Shown one piece after another: positions 54,289-62,738 of a stretch of DNA of 64,000 nucleotides (its first letter is position 1; each line of letters opens with the position of its first letter). Below the pieces are notes generated by a model. The model worked only from the letters and a program-made list of their open reading frames with translations. It was not told the DNA's origin and ran no database searches. Source of the DNA: Waddlia chondrophila WSU 86-1044 (GTDB lineage Bacteria; Chlamydiota; Chlamydiia; Chlamydiales; CAMCWV01); NCBI GenBank assembly GCA_945882915.1, contig CAMCWV010000002.1, positions 43,821 to 107,820 on the forward strand, read 5' to 3'. Made by a program: the position numbers and the translations under genes.

Positions 54289-54651
54289 CTAAGACGGATC
54301 AACTTTAGTCGCAGCTGCTACAGGCTTTTGTTTGCCCTCAGGGGGCATCTCCGCTGTCTTTTTCGGCTTGACTACCTGATCGATCCGTTCAATTTCTGCT
54401 ACATTAAGCTCTTTGCGGCGCTCTTCTTTTAACTTCTCGCCCTGCTTAGAATCTTCCATCGGCTTGACAATTCCAAGATAAAGATGCTTGAAAACCAACT
54501 GACTTAAAATCCCTGTCACCCACATCGTTGCAAAAGAATAAATCACCGTTGTGAGCAATGTTTGTTGTGTTAGCAAGCTAACAACAGCTACAAGCACAGT
54601 GCAAAATAGCGTGAATAGAAAAACAAGAAGAAAAACAAAACGCTTATCCAT
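54289..54651 (-). CDS. small membrane protein with two TM helices and Lys/Glu-rich tail (120 aa)
   Basis: MDKRFVFLLVFLFTLFCTVLVAVVSLL and VIYSFATMWVTGILSQLVF helices. It occupies the position between flhF and fliA. Confidence 0.5.
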   Translation of the reverse strand: MDKRFVFLLVFLFTLFCTVLVAVVSLLTQQTLLTTVIYSFATMWVTGILSQLVFKHLYLGIVKPMEDSKQGEKLKEERRKELNVAEIERIDQVVKPKKTAEMPPEGKQKPVAAATKVDPS

Positions 54652-54664
54652 TCAACCCTCCACG

Positions 54665-56542
54665 TTACGTTCTAGCCATCTTTCGCAAAGAATTTAACTC
54701 TGGCGCATTGTGCTGCACGAGCAAAGCTCTTGCGATTTCTTGCCCATCTGCAATCTTTAAGTCCTCGGGAATGCGCGTGCCAAGGGTGATATAGCTGATG
54801 GGCATCTTTGTCTTTTCACAAACATTTACAAGAATTCCGTGAGAGATCGTTTCGTCTAACTTTGTAAACACAAGGCTTTCAGGATTTAAACGAGAAAATT
54901 GCTGGACAATGCCGTAAACGTCAAGATCCTTTGTCGTCGCGCTGACAGCGAGATAAACATGAAGATCGTCTATGACTCCAAGGATGTCGCCGAGAGAGTC
55001 TATCTGTTGCCATTGATATTGATTTGTTCCTGAGGTGTCCACAAGGATCAGCTCCTTATCGCTCCAGGCAGCGATCTGAGAGCTGAGAACGTGGCCAGTA
55101 GCTGCTACCTCGCAGTCTATGCCATACTTAATGGCCAGCCCCTTAATTTGAGCTTGCCCACCCATCTTATTTACATCCAGGCTAATAATCCCGACTCTCT
55201 TTTGGAGCTGAATGGCATACTGAACAGCAAGCTTCATAAGGGTTGTCGTTTTGCCAACTCCAGAAGGCCCTACAAGCGTGGCGATGGTCGCCTGCCCGTA
55301 TTTAAGGCAAAGGGGGCCGGTTGTTTTAACACGCAGGGCAATTTCGTGCTTAAGCGCATTTAAACGTTGCGTCCGATCTTCGACCGGCGTCTCCATATCG
55401 ACTTTGCCAAAACGACTCTCTAGAACCTCTTCTATCTCAAGGGCGATTGCATGAGAAACCCCCTTAGAGACAAGAAATTCGACGCTTCTATTTAATTCGC
55501 TTCTGCTGGCTCCGCTTCTGTTAAAGCGAGATTCGTTACTCTTCTCGTTATTCCCTTCGTTATTCCCCCGCCCATTTTGAGCCTCCCTAATCTCATTTCG
55601 GATTAGCTGACGAAGCTGCTCGATTTTAGGAAGCTCTGCAGATTCTTTTGCTTCTGAAGCGCCTGTCTGAGGAGCCACTTGCGGGGCTGAAGAGCTCAAA
55701 AGATCACCTAAACGCTCTTTTAGTCGGCGCCCAAATTGAGAGACCTCTGAGTTATTGTTGTTAGAAGGAGGCTCTTGAAAGGTTCTCTGTTCTAACCTGG
55801 GCTCAGGAGCACCCGGACTTCCCTTATCTTTAAGCTGACGAAGCAACTTTGCCTCAGAGCTAATGGTGAGGCTGTCTTCTGACGAAGTCGTTGCTGTTGT
55901 CCCTGGAAAATTAGGAGATCCTCTAGCAGAAGGACTATTAGAAGAACTAGCCATTTGAGCTCTATTTTTGCTGTGGCGAGGGTCTCCATAGGTGTAGGAT
56001 GACTCGCTAATTTTGGAAGGCGCCGCTCCTAAAGGGACTTCTTTACGAGCCTCTCTGGAAACGTTCTCTCTGGAAGACTCTTCTCTGGACGGCACTGCTT
56101 TTAATGCCATTTCTTTTGCCCCCTCTTTACGCGAAGCTGCCGAAGTAAAGGCAACCTCATCTCCCGCATGCCCTAAAAGGCGTTTTAAGTCATCTAGGTT
56201 GTTTTGCAAATGCTCTAAAGAGGGTTTCTTTGTCGTCATAATCTTCAGGTTTGAAGCAGGCGTTTTTTTTGCTAAAGCAGAAGAAGGCTCATGTGAGCGC
56301 TCATTTATCTGACTTTCCCTTGCCTTCCCCTCTCTTTCTTTTTGCTTTTTCTGATTGTAAGAGCGGAGCTCTTCCTCTTCAATAGCAGCCGTTACTTCGA
56401 CCTTTTCAGAAGCAAACAGGGCCTTTAGCCCCATCTCCTTTATGTTGCGTGTTGTGAGCACCACAGCATCGGGACCAAGCTCCTGCTCAATCATCTTTTG
56501 AGCATCGTCTAGACTGTCGGCTATGTACTTCTTAATGAGCAT
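54665..56542 (-). CDS. flhF: flagellar biosynthesis GTPase FlhF-like (SRP-type GTPase) with long low-complexity linker
   Basis: N-terminus MLIKKYIADSLDDAQKMIEQELGPDAVVLTTRNI (FlhF B-domain pattern). C-terminal G domain with GPSGVGKTTT, DTSG and TKLDE. Confidence 0.8.
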   Translation of the reverse strand: MLIKKYIADSLDDAQKMIEQELGPDAVVLTTRNIKEMGLKALFASEKVEVTAAIEEEELRSYNQKKQKEREGKARESQINERSHEPSSALAKKTPASNLKIMTTKKPSLEHLQNNLDDLKRLLGHAGDEVAFTSAASRKEGAKEMALKAVPSREESSRENVSREARKEVPLGAAPSKISESSYTYGDPRHSKNRAQMASSSNSPSARGSPNFPGTTATTSSEDSLTISSEAKLLRQLKDKGSPGAPEPRLEQRTFQEPPSNNNNSEVSQFGRRLKERLGDLLSSSAPQVAPQTGASEAKESAELPKIEQLRQLIRNEIREAQNGRGNNEGNNEKSNESRFNRSGASRSELNRSVEFLVSKGVSHAIALEIEEVLESRFGKVDMETPVEDRTQRLNALKHEIALRVKTTGPLCLKYGQATIATLVGPSGVGKTTTLMKLAVQYAIQLQKRVGIISLDVNKMGGQAQIKGLAIKYGIDCEVAATGHVLSSQIAAWSDKELILVDTSGTNQYQWQQIDSLGDILGVIDDLHVYLAVSATTKDLDVYGIVQQFSRLNPESLVFTKLDETISHGILVNVCEKTKMPISYITLGTRIPEDLKIADGQEIARALLVQHNAPELNSLRKMART

Positions 56543-56628
56543 AATCTTATTTATCTCGTAGCTATTCTAACACTTTTAGAAAAAATCGGATACCGGCACG
56601 AAAGGAGCAATCTTAGAGCCGCTTCTTG

Positions 56629-58716
56629 TCACATCAATACTTCACTTGATATCACACCAACAGCTCTCAATTCCACTTCAGATACAAGTTCGTTAACTGA
56701 CAGGACAGGAAGCCTTGGAAAGCTACGTTCTATAAGCTGCCGGAAGTGGCGCCGAACAGGAGCTGAGGTGAGAACAACACTCTGCACCCCTTTTTTTGTC
56801 CCTTCATCAACAAGGCGATTTAACTCGTCTGCAATCTTACGAATAGTAGCCGGACGCAAAACAACCCGGCTGCCATAGTCGTTTTTCTGAATGCTTTCGG
56901 TAATCATCTGATCAACCTTTGAATCTAAAGTAACAACATGCACAACCTTGCCATCGCCCGCATACTGCCTGGAAATCGTACGGGCAAGGCCCTGACGGAC
57001 ATATTCGGTTAGGATGTCTGTATCTGTTGTATGAACGCTTTGATCGGCAAGAATCTCAAGAATTGTCACAATATCGCGAATAGGAAGGCGTTCTTTAAGA
57101 AGGTTTTGAAGAACCTTAACCACCTGGCCTAAGTTGAGTTGATTGGGAATGAGCTCCTCAATAACAGCTGACGCGTAAGCCTTCGCGTTTTCTATAAGAC
57201 GGGCCACTTCTTGACGGTTGAGCAGCTCAAATGCGTGCGCATGGATTACTTCTGTTAAATGAGTCGCCAGAACAGAAAGCGTGTCAACCACTGTATATCC
57301 AAAAAGCTCTGCCTGCTGCTTCTGCGCTGCAGATATCCAAACAGCCGGCAGCCCAAAGGCAGGCTCAATTGTTTTTACGCCTGCAAGAGGCTTGTCAACA
57401 TGACCTGGGTTCATGGCAAGGTAACTATCAAGATAAAGAGTCCCCGTAGCCACTTCAAGACCCTTGATCTTGATCGCATAAGCTTCTGCTGCAAGCAACA
57501 TGTTGTCTCTAATTCTTATCGGAGGGACAACAATTCCAAGCTCTGAGGCAATCTGACGGCGTATTACAGTGATGCGGCTGAGAAGGTCGCCCCCTTGCGA
57601 CTGATCGACAAGAGGAATGAGCCCATAGCCAAGCTCAATTTCCATAGGATCAACAAAAAGAACCTTTTCCACTTGCTCAGAAGGGGCTGCTGCAGAAGGG
57701 TTTGCCGTTGTCATTGCCGCGTCAAGCTTTTGTAACTCTTTGCCGCTCGTCTTCCACAAAACAAATGCGTAAATCCCCAAAGTTAATGCAATGGGGATCA
57801 TGACAAGCATTGGCATGCCCGGAACAAAACTCATTAAAACAACAATACTTGCTGTGATAAACAACACGCGGGGGTTATTAAAAACCTGCCTCTGGAGCGT
57901 ATCGCCCATGTTCTCTTTTGCAGAGGCCCGTGTCACAATAATACCGGCACCTACAGAAATGAGCAGAGCAGGAATTTGTGTTACAAGGCCATCACCCACC
58001 GTCAACACCATGTATGTATTGAGTGCTTGCTGCCATGGCATTCCCTTCATAGCCACCCCAATAACAAACCCGCCGATGATGTTCACGATGATAATGATGA
58101 TCCCGGCGATCGCATCTCCTCGAACGAACTTCGAAGCCCCATCCATAGCCCCGTAAAAGTCGGCTTCGGCAGAAATCTTTTCTCTACGAAGCTTAGCTTC
58201 GTGCTCATCGATGATCCCTGCATTCAAGTCTGCATCAATTGACATCTGTTTGCCGGGCATGGCATCCAACGTAAATCTAGCAGCAACCTCGGCAATACGC
58301 CCAGAACCCTTGGTAATAACGATGAAGTTGATGACGGTTAGAAGGATAAAGATGATCAACCCAACAGCCTGGTTTCCTCCCGTAACAAACTCCCCGAATG
58401 TTTGAATGATATTCCCTGCCTGCGCTTCAGTAAGAATCATCCTCGTTGAGGCGACGCTAACACCCAAACGGTAGAGAGTAAGAAAGAGGAGTAAAGAGGG
58501 AAAGGCGCTAAACTCAAGTACCTCCTCAACATAAAGTGTGAGGAGAAGCGTCATTACTGCCATGAGGATGCTAATGCACAAAAAGACGTCAAGAAGGATG
58601 GGGGGAACAGGGATGATCAGAAGTAGGACCATGGAGATAACAGCCACAGCCAAAATGACATCGCTATGCTTGCGAATAACGCCTAACGACTCAGAAACGG
58701 AATCGAGCATAGTCAT
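56629..58716 (-). CDS. flhA: type III export gate protein, flagellar FlhA-type
   Basis: 695 aa. [36 protein letters not shown] and [22 protein letters not shown] match the flagellar FlhA versions of these blocks as I recall them (injectisome SctV: [35 protein letters not shown]). Confidence 0.8.
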   Translation of the reverse strand: [695 protein letters not shown]

Positions 58717-58735
58717 TAGATTACAATCCTTCTAG

Positions 58736-58838
58736 ATATACTCCTCTTAGCTGAAAACTGGAATTTGGGCTAGTGCGAAAGCTCCCGGGGCTTTCGCACT
58801 AGCCCAAATTCCAGTTTTCAGCTAAGAGGAACATATAC
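58736..58838. repeat. R1 long form, essentially perfect palindrome, in the flhB-flhA spacer
   Basis: atatactcctcttagctgaaaactggaatttgggctagtgcgaaagctcccggggctttcgcactagcccaaattccagttttcagctaagaggaacatat. Confidence 0.9.
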
Positions 58839-58850
58839 CATTCAAAGGAA

Positions 58851-59975
58851 TTATTCCTCCTTCTTTGTCTTTTTTTTCGTTTGAAGCTTAGATCCCAAAG
58901 CGCGCTTCCCGATCTTCTCGTTCAACCGATAAACATAAGCCAGCACTTCTGCAATAGGATGATAAAAGTTAGCTGGCACATACGAGCCAACGTCTACCGC
59001 CTGATATAAAGGGCGCGCAAGCTCGCGATTTTCAACAACTGGGATCTTATGCTTTTCTGCCAGCTCCCTAATTGCTAGAGCCATCTTTCGCGCTCCTTTA
59101 GCAACGCAAAGTGGAGCTGCCATTTTTGTTGAGTCGTACTTCACAGCAATTGCGTAGTGAGTAGGGTTGGCAATAACGACATCAGCCCTCGGCACGTTGC
59201 TCTTCATACGCACAATTGCCATCTCGTGCATCATGCTGCGGAGCTTAGACTTAACCTGCCCATCCCCTTCTGTTTGTTTTCTTTCGTCTTTGACCTCTTG
59301 CCTTGTCATCTTCATATCTTGAAGAAACTTCCATTTCTGGAACATGTAATCTATTCCCCCCACAAGAAGAAGGAAAAATGCGATTACTATCCCAAGCCAA
59401 AATGACTTCCACGTCATAAAAGCAACAATCTGCCTGGCGTTTGCCTCCATAAGCCTGGAAATATCGGGCATCACCGCAAAAATCAAGACATAGGCCACGA
59501 CACCGATGACCGCCAGCTTTGAAAGACCTATAAACAACCGGGCAAAAGCTTGGATGTTAAAAAACTTTTTATAATTAGAAATGTCAAAGAAATTAAGACG
59601 CTCCCAATTGGGGGCCAACGAGGTAACCGAAAGAACAAACCCCACCTGATAAATATTAATGCCCAAACTCACCAAAAACAATCCGAGAAAGAAAGGGCCA
59701 AGGAGCGAAGCTACAAAAAAGACTCCTTCTTTTAACCAAAACACCACCGACTCAGGGCCGTCAAAAGGCTCCTGAAGGTGCTGGAACGTGCCAATCATAA
59801 GACTTGCTAGCTTCTCATAAATGGTTGCCGAGAAAAAGAAGAGCATCAGCATGCCTGAAAGGAGCAACGTTCCTGACACAAGCTCTTGAGACTTGGCAAC
59901 CCTCCCCTTTTCACGCCCTTCCTGCAGCTTCTTTTCAGTTGGCTGTTCGGTTCTGTCTTGAAAGTCTTCAGCCAC
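58851..59975 (-). CDS. flhB: type III export switch protein, FlhB/SctU family (FlhB favoured by context)
   Basis: 374 aa. N-terminus MAEDFQDRTEQPTEKKLQEGREKGRVAKSQEL, four TM segments, autocleavage motif NPTH (VIANPTHYAIAV). FlhB versus SctU cannot be settled by eye. Confidence 0.65.
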   Translation of the reverse strand: MAEDFQDRTEQPTEKKLQEGREKGRVAKSQELVSGTLLLSGMLMLFFFSATIYEKLASLMIGTFQHLQEPFDGPESVVFWLKEGVFFVASLLGPFFLGLFLVSLGINIYQVGFVLSVTSLAPNWERLNFFDISNYKKFFNIQAFARLFIGLSKLAVIGVVAYVLIFAVMPDISRLMEANARQIVAFMTWKSFWLGIVIAFFLLLVGGIDYMFQKWKFLQDMKMTRQEVKDERKQTEGDGQVKSKLRSMMHEMAIVRMKSNVPRADVVIANPTHYAIAVKYDSTKMAAPLCVAKGARKMALAIRELAEKHKIPVVENRELARPLYQAVDVGSYVPANFYHPIAEVLAYVYRLNEKIGKRALGSKLQTKKKTKKEE

Positions 59976-60003
59976 TCTAGCCTCTTTATTCTACCGCTGG
60001 TTG

Positions 60004-60103
60004 TATATACTCCTCGTAGTTGAAAACGGGAATTTGGACTAGCGCGAAAGCTCCCGGGGCTTTGGCGCCGTCCAAGTTCCCATTTTCAGCTAAGAGGCGT
60101 ATA
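60004..60103. repeat. R1 long form
   Basis: tatatactcctcgtagttgaaaacgggaatttggactagcgcgaaagctcccggggctttggcgccgtccaagttcccattttcagctaagaggcgtata. Confidence 0.9.
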
Positions 60104-60206
60104 GTTAAAAAACAGGGTGAGTTGCAAGAATTTTCTGTACACTTCCACAGCAAAAAGAAAGTATTAAAGATTTTCACCACAGAGACGTGGGAGAACACAG
60201 AGAGAA

Positions 60207-60610
60207 ATATACTCCGCTTAACTGAAAACGGGAATTTGGGCTAGCGCGAAAGCTCCCGCGGCTGAACGATCGCAAGTGCCTTATTATTAGAAATACAAAG
60301 GGCACTTGCGATCGTTCCGCCCCGGGGCTTTGGCCTTGTCATTACCCACATCTTAAAACAACCAATTTGCCCTAAACAAGCGGTTGTCCTCTCCAGAAGG
60401 TAACGTGGACCGCCTAAGGTCTGGGATCTAACCTGTTACCAAACGAACGTTTGTTGTAGACTCAATCTGGAATCCCAGACCTTAGGCGGCCCACGTTACC
60501 TTGCTGCATAAGGCAGTCATGTTTTTGAGCAAATCGGCTATCCCAAAATGTGGGTAATGACAAGGGCTTTCGCGCAGTCCAAATTCCCGTTTTTAGCTAA
60601 GCGGAGTATA
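60207..60610. repeat. composite: R1 with R8 (60260-60321) and an R6 element (60334-60565, itself containing R2 at 60389-60503) inserted in its right half
   Basis: ...cccggggctttgg|ccttgtcattacccacat ... atgtgggtaatgacaagg|gctttcgcgcagtccaaattcccgtttttagctaagcggagtata. Confidence 0.85.
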
Positions 60611-60620
60611 GAGAGAGAGG

Positions 60621-60655
60621 AAAGCGGGAAATGCCACTTCAATCGTAAGGCTGCC
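60621..60655. repeat. R9 motif (inverted copy of 22685-22720)
   Basis: The reverse complement of aaagcgggaaatgccacttcaatcgtaaggctgcc is ggcagccttacgattgaagtggcatttcccgcttt. Compare 22685 ggcagccttacgattgaagtggcattgcccgctttc. Confidence 0.8.
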
Positions 60656-60899
60656 TAAACGAAACTGCTTTACGCTGTACTAGCCGCAGGTTGGGGTGTA
60701 AACTTTGTGCTGTTTTTTATCCTAACAGCCGAAGGCTGATCCTGCCTATCTTGTTCTTGCATTTCTCTCACTCCTCTTGCTTCTCTGCTTGCTCATTTTA
60801 TAAAGAAAATGGTACCATTTAACACTTATAACTTGCTGATCCAGTGCGCGGCAAACCCCATCCTTTAGGGCGGGGTCAAGAGCGCATTACGCGGCTAGA

Positions 60900-61315
60900 C
60901 TAGTGAGGGGTTTGTTGCTGTTCAATGTACTGACGAATAAGTGCAATTGGGGCTCCACCGCAACTACCAGCAAAATAACTGGGTGACCACAAAGCATTGC
61001 CCACAACTTATTGCGAATACTAAGGTATTTCTTTTTTCGAATTAAGTGACTTGACACACCCTTTAAACTGTTTACTAATTTAGAAACAGCTGCTTTAGGA
61101 GGGTAATTCACTAGCAAATGGACGTGGTCGTCTTCTCCATCGAATTCTATAAGTTGAGCTCCAAAGTCTGAGCAAACACTAGAAAAGATTGGATGCATTG
61201 TGTCTAGAATTTCTCTTGTAAAAACTTCTCGGCGGTATTTTGTAACAAAGACCATGTGAACATGCATTAGAAAAACACAATGTCTACCATGCCTAATATC
61301 GTTGTTTTTTTTCAT
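60900..61315 (-). mobile_element. tnpA: IS200/IS605-family Y1 transposase gene tnpA, disrupted by a 1-nt frameshift
   Basis: HGRHCVFLMHVHMVFVTKYRREVF and DDHVHLLV (HUH) motifs. After ...RNKLW the annotated frame reads AMLCGHPVILL, but the +2 frame reads GNALWSPSYFAGSCGGAPIALIRQYIEQQQTPH* (the canonical C-terminus with the catalytic Tyr region), ending at 60900. The frameshift is near 60999-61003. A hairpin lies at 60841-60885. Confidence 0.8.
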
Positions 61316-61351
61316 AATGTGACCGATGCAAAAGGTTTAAACGAGGTTTAA

Positions 61352-61936
61352 ATGTCTCTATTCTCTATCACCATTACGCTGTTTCTGCTAATGGACCCCT
61401 TTGGGAACGTGCCCATTTTCATGTCACACCTTCACAGGCTAGACCCCAAAAGACAGCGAAAAGTCATTTGCCGCGAGCTGCTCTTTGCCCTCGGGATCAT
61501 GTTTATATTCCTCTATTTAGGCGAAATGACTTTAGAGCTCCTCGATGTCTCTCGCTCATCAGTACAAGTTGCCGGAGGGCTCATCCTCTTCCTCATTGCT
61601 CTAAAAATGATCTTCCCACCGAAAGAAGAGCCTGCTACAGACGCTCCTTACAGAGAGCCATTCATCGTTCCTCTTGCCGTCCCTTTTGTCGCAGGCCCGG
61701 GCGCACTTACAGCCATCATGTTGTATGCAGGGCAATCAACACCTTACTATCTTGTCATTAGCGCAATCGTTTTAGCTTGGCTTTTTACAACACTTTTACT
61801 ACTTGGCGCCCCCTATATTCAACGTGTGTTAGGGGAAAAAGGAATGAAGGCGTGTGAGATTCTTATGGGTCTTATCCTAACTCTAATGGCCGTGCAAATG
61901 TTTCTAGCCGGCATTAAGTCTTTCATGATGGAGTAG
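61352..61936 (+). CDS. MarC-family (UPF0056) integral membrane protein
   Basis: 194 aa, six hydrophobic segments, LLMDPFGNVPIF N-terminal motif. Confidence 0.8.
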   Translation: MSLFSITITLFLLMDPFGNVPIFMSHLHRLDPKRQRKVICRELLFALGIMFIFLYLGEMTLELLDVSRSSVQVAGGLILFLIALKMIFPPKEEPATDAPYREPFIVPLAVPFVAGPGALTAIMLYAGQSTPYYLVISAIVLAWLFTTLLLLGAPYIQRVLGEKGMKACEILMGLILTLMAVQMFLAGIKSFMME

Positions 61937-61945
61937 TGCCCCCGA

Positions 61946-62734
61946 ATGGCTTTGCAAGAAAACAATATAAATCACAAAAATATCAAGCTCACCATCGCCT
62001 ACGATGGGACTAACTACCTCGGGTGGCAAAAAACAATCACCGGTCCCAGTATTGAAGAGTCTCTACAAATAGTCCTTGAAAGGATTTTACAAAAAGCCGC
62101 GCCTTTGCAAGCCGCCAGCAGAACAGATGCGGGCGTTCACGCCGTAGGCCAGGTAGTCAATTTTTTTACAGAAAAAAACTCGTTAGACTTAAAAAGGCTC
62201 CGCCTCGCCTTAAACGGGCTGCTTCCCAAAGATATTGTAGTGCTCAGCGCCGAAGAAGCCCCCCATAAGTTCCACCCAACACTTGATTGCTCTGGCAAAA
62301 CCTATACTTATTTTGTCTGCACCAATGAAGTGCAATTCCCAGAGCATCGCAACTTTTCCTGGCACTGCCCACATGTTTTGAATATTGAAGCCATAAAAGA
62401 GGCCGCAACTCACCTCATAGGAACGCGCGACTTTGCAGCCCTTTGCAACGAGCTCAGCACGCGAGACTATACCCATACAATCCGAACTGTTAAAAGTATT
62501 AACATCACAATGTTCGGAAAGGGACGCCTTCGTTTTGAAATTACAGGAGACCACTTTCTTTACAAAATGGCGCGCAATATCACAGGTCTGCTAATCTATG
62601 TAGGCAACAACAAGATCGATGCCAAGCAAGTCCCAAGTATTCTACTTGGGCGGGAGCGAAAAGAAGCGGGCATCACCGCCCCGGCCCACGGCCTTGCTCT
62701 TGAACAGGTACACTACCTGCCAATTGGAGTTTAA
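61946..62734 (+). CDS. truA: tRNA pseudouridine(38-40) synthase
   Basis: 262 aa. YDGTNYLGWQ, and RTDAGVHA with the catalytic Asp. Confidence 0.9.
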   Translation: MALQENNINHKNIKLTIAYDGTNYLGWQKTITGPSIEESLQIVLERILQKAAPLQAASRTDAGVHAVGQVVNFFTEKNSLDLKRLRLALNGLLPKDIVVLSAEEAPHKFHPTLDCSGKTYTYFVCTNEVQFPEHRNFSWHCPHVLNIEAIKEAATHLIGTRDFAALCNELSTRDYTHTIRTVKSINITMFGKGRLRFEITGDHFLYKMARNITGLLIYVGNNKIDAKQVPSILLGRERKEAGITAPAHGLALEQVHYLPIGV

Positions 62735-62738
62735 ATTT

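Noticed and set aside
56629-59975. Calling the two export-apparatus genes the chlamydial injectisome genes sctV/sctU (cdsV/cdsU)
   Set aside because: The gate protein carries FlhA-type rather than SctV-type versions of the most conserved cytoplasmic-loop blocks (from memory). The genes are followed by flhF and fliA rather than by a gatekeeper/chaperone set. This rejection is provisional until a phylogeny is done.
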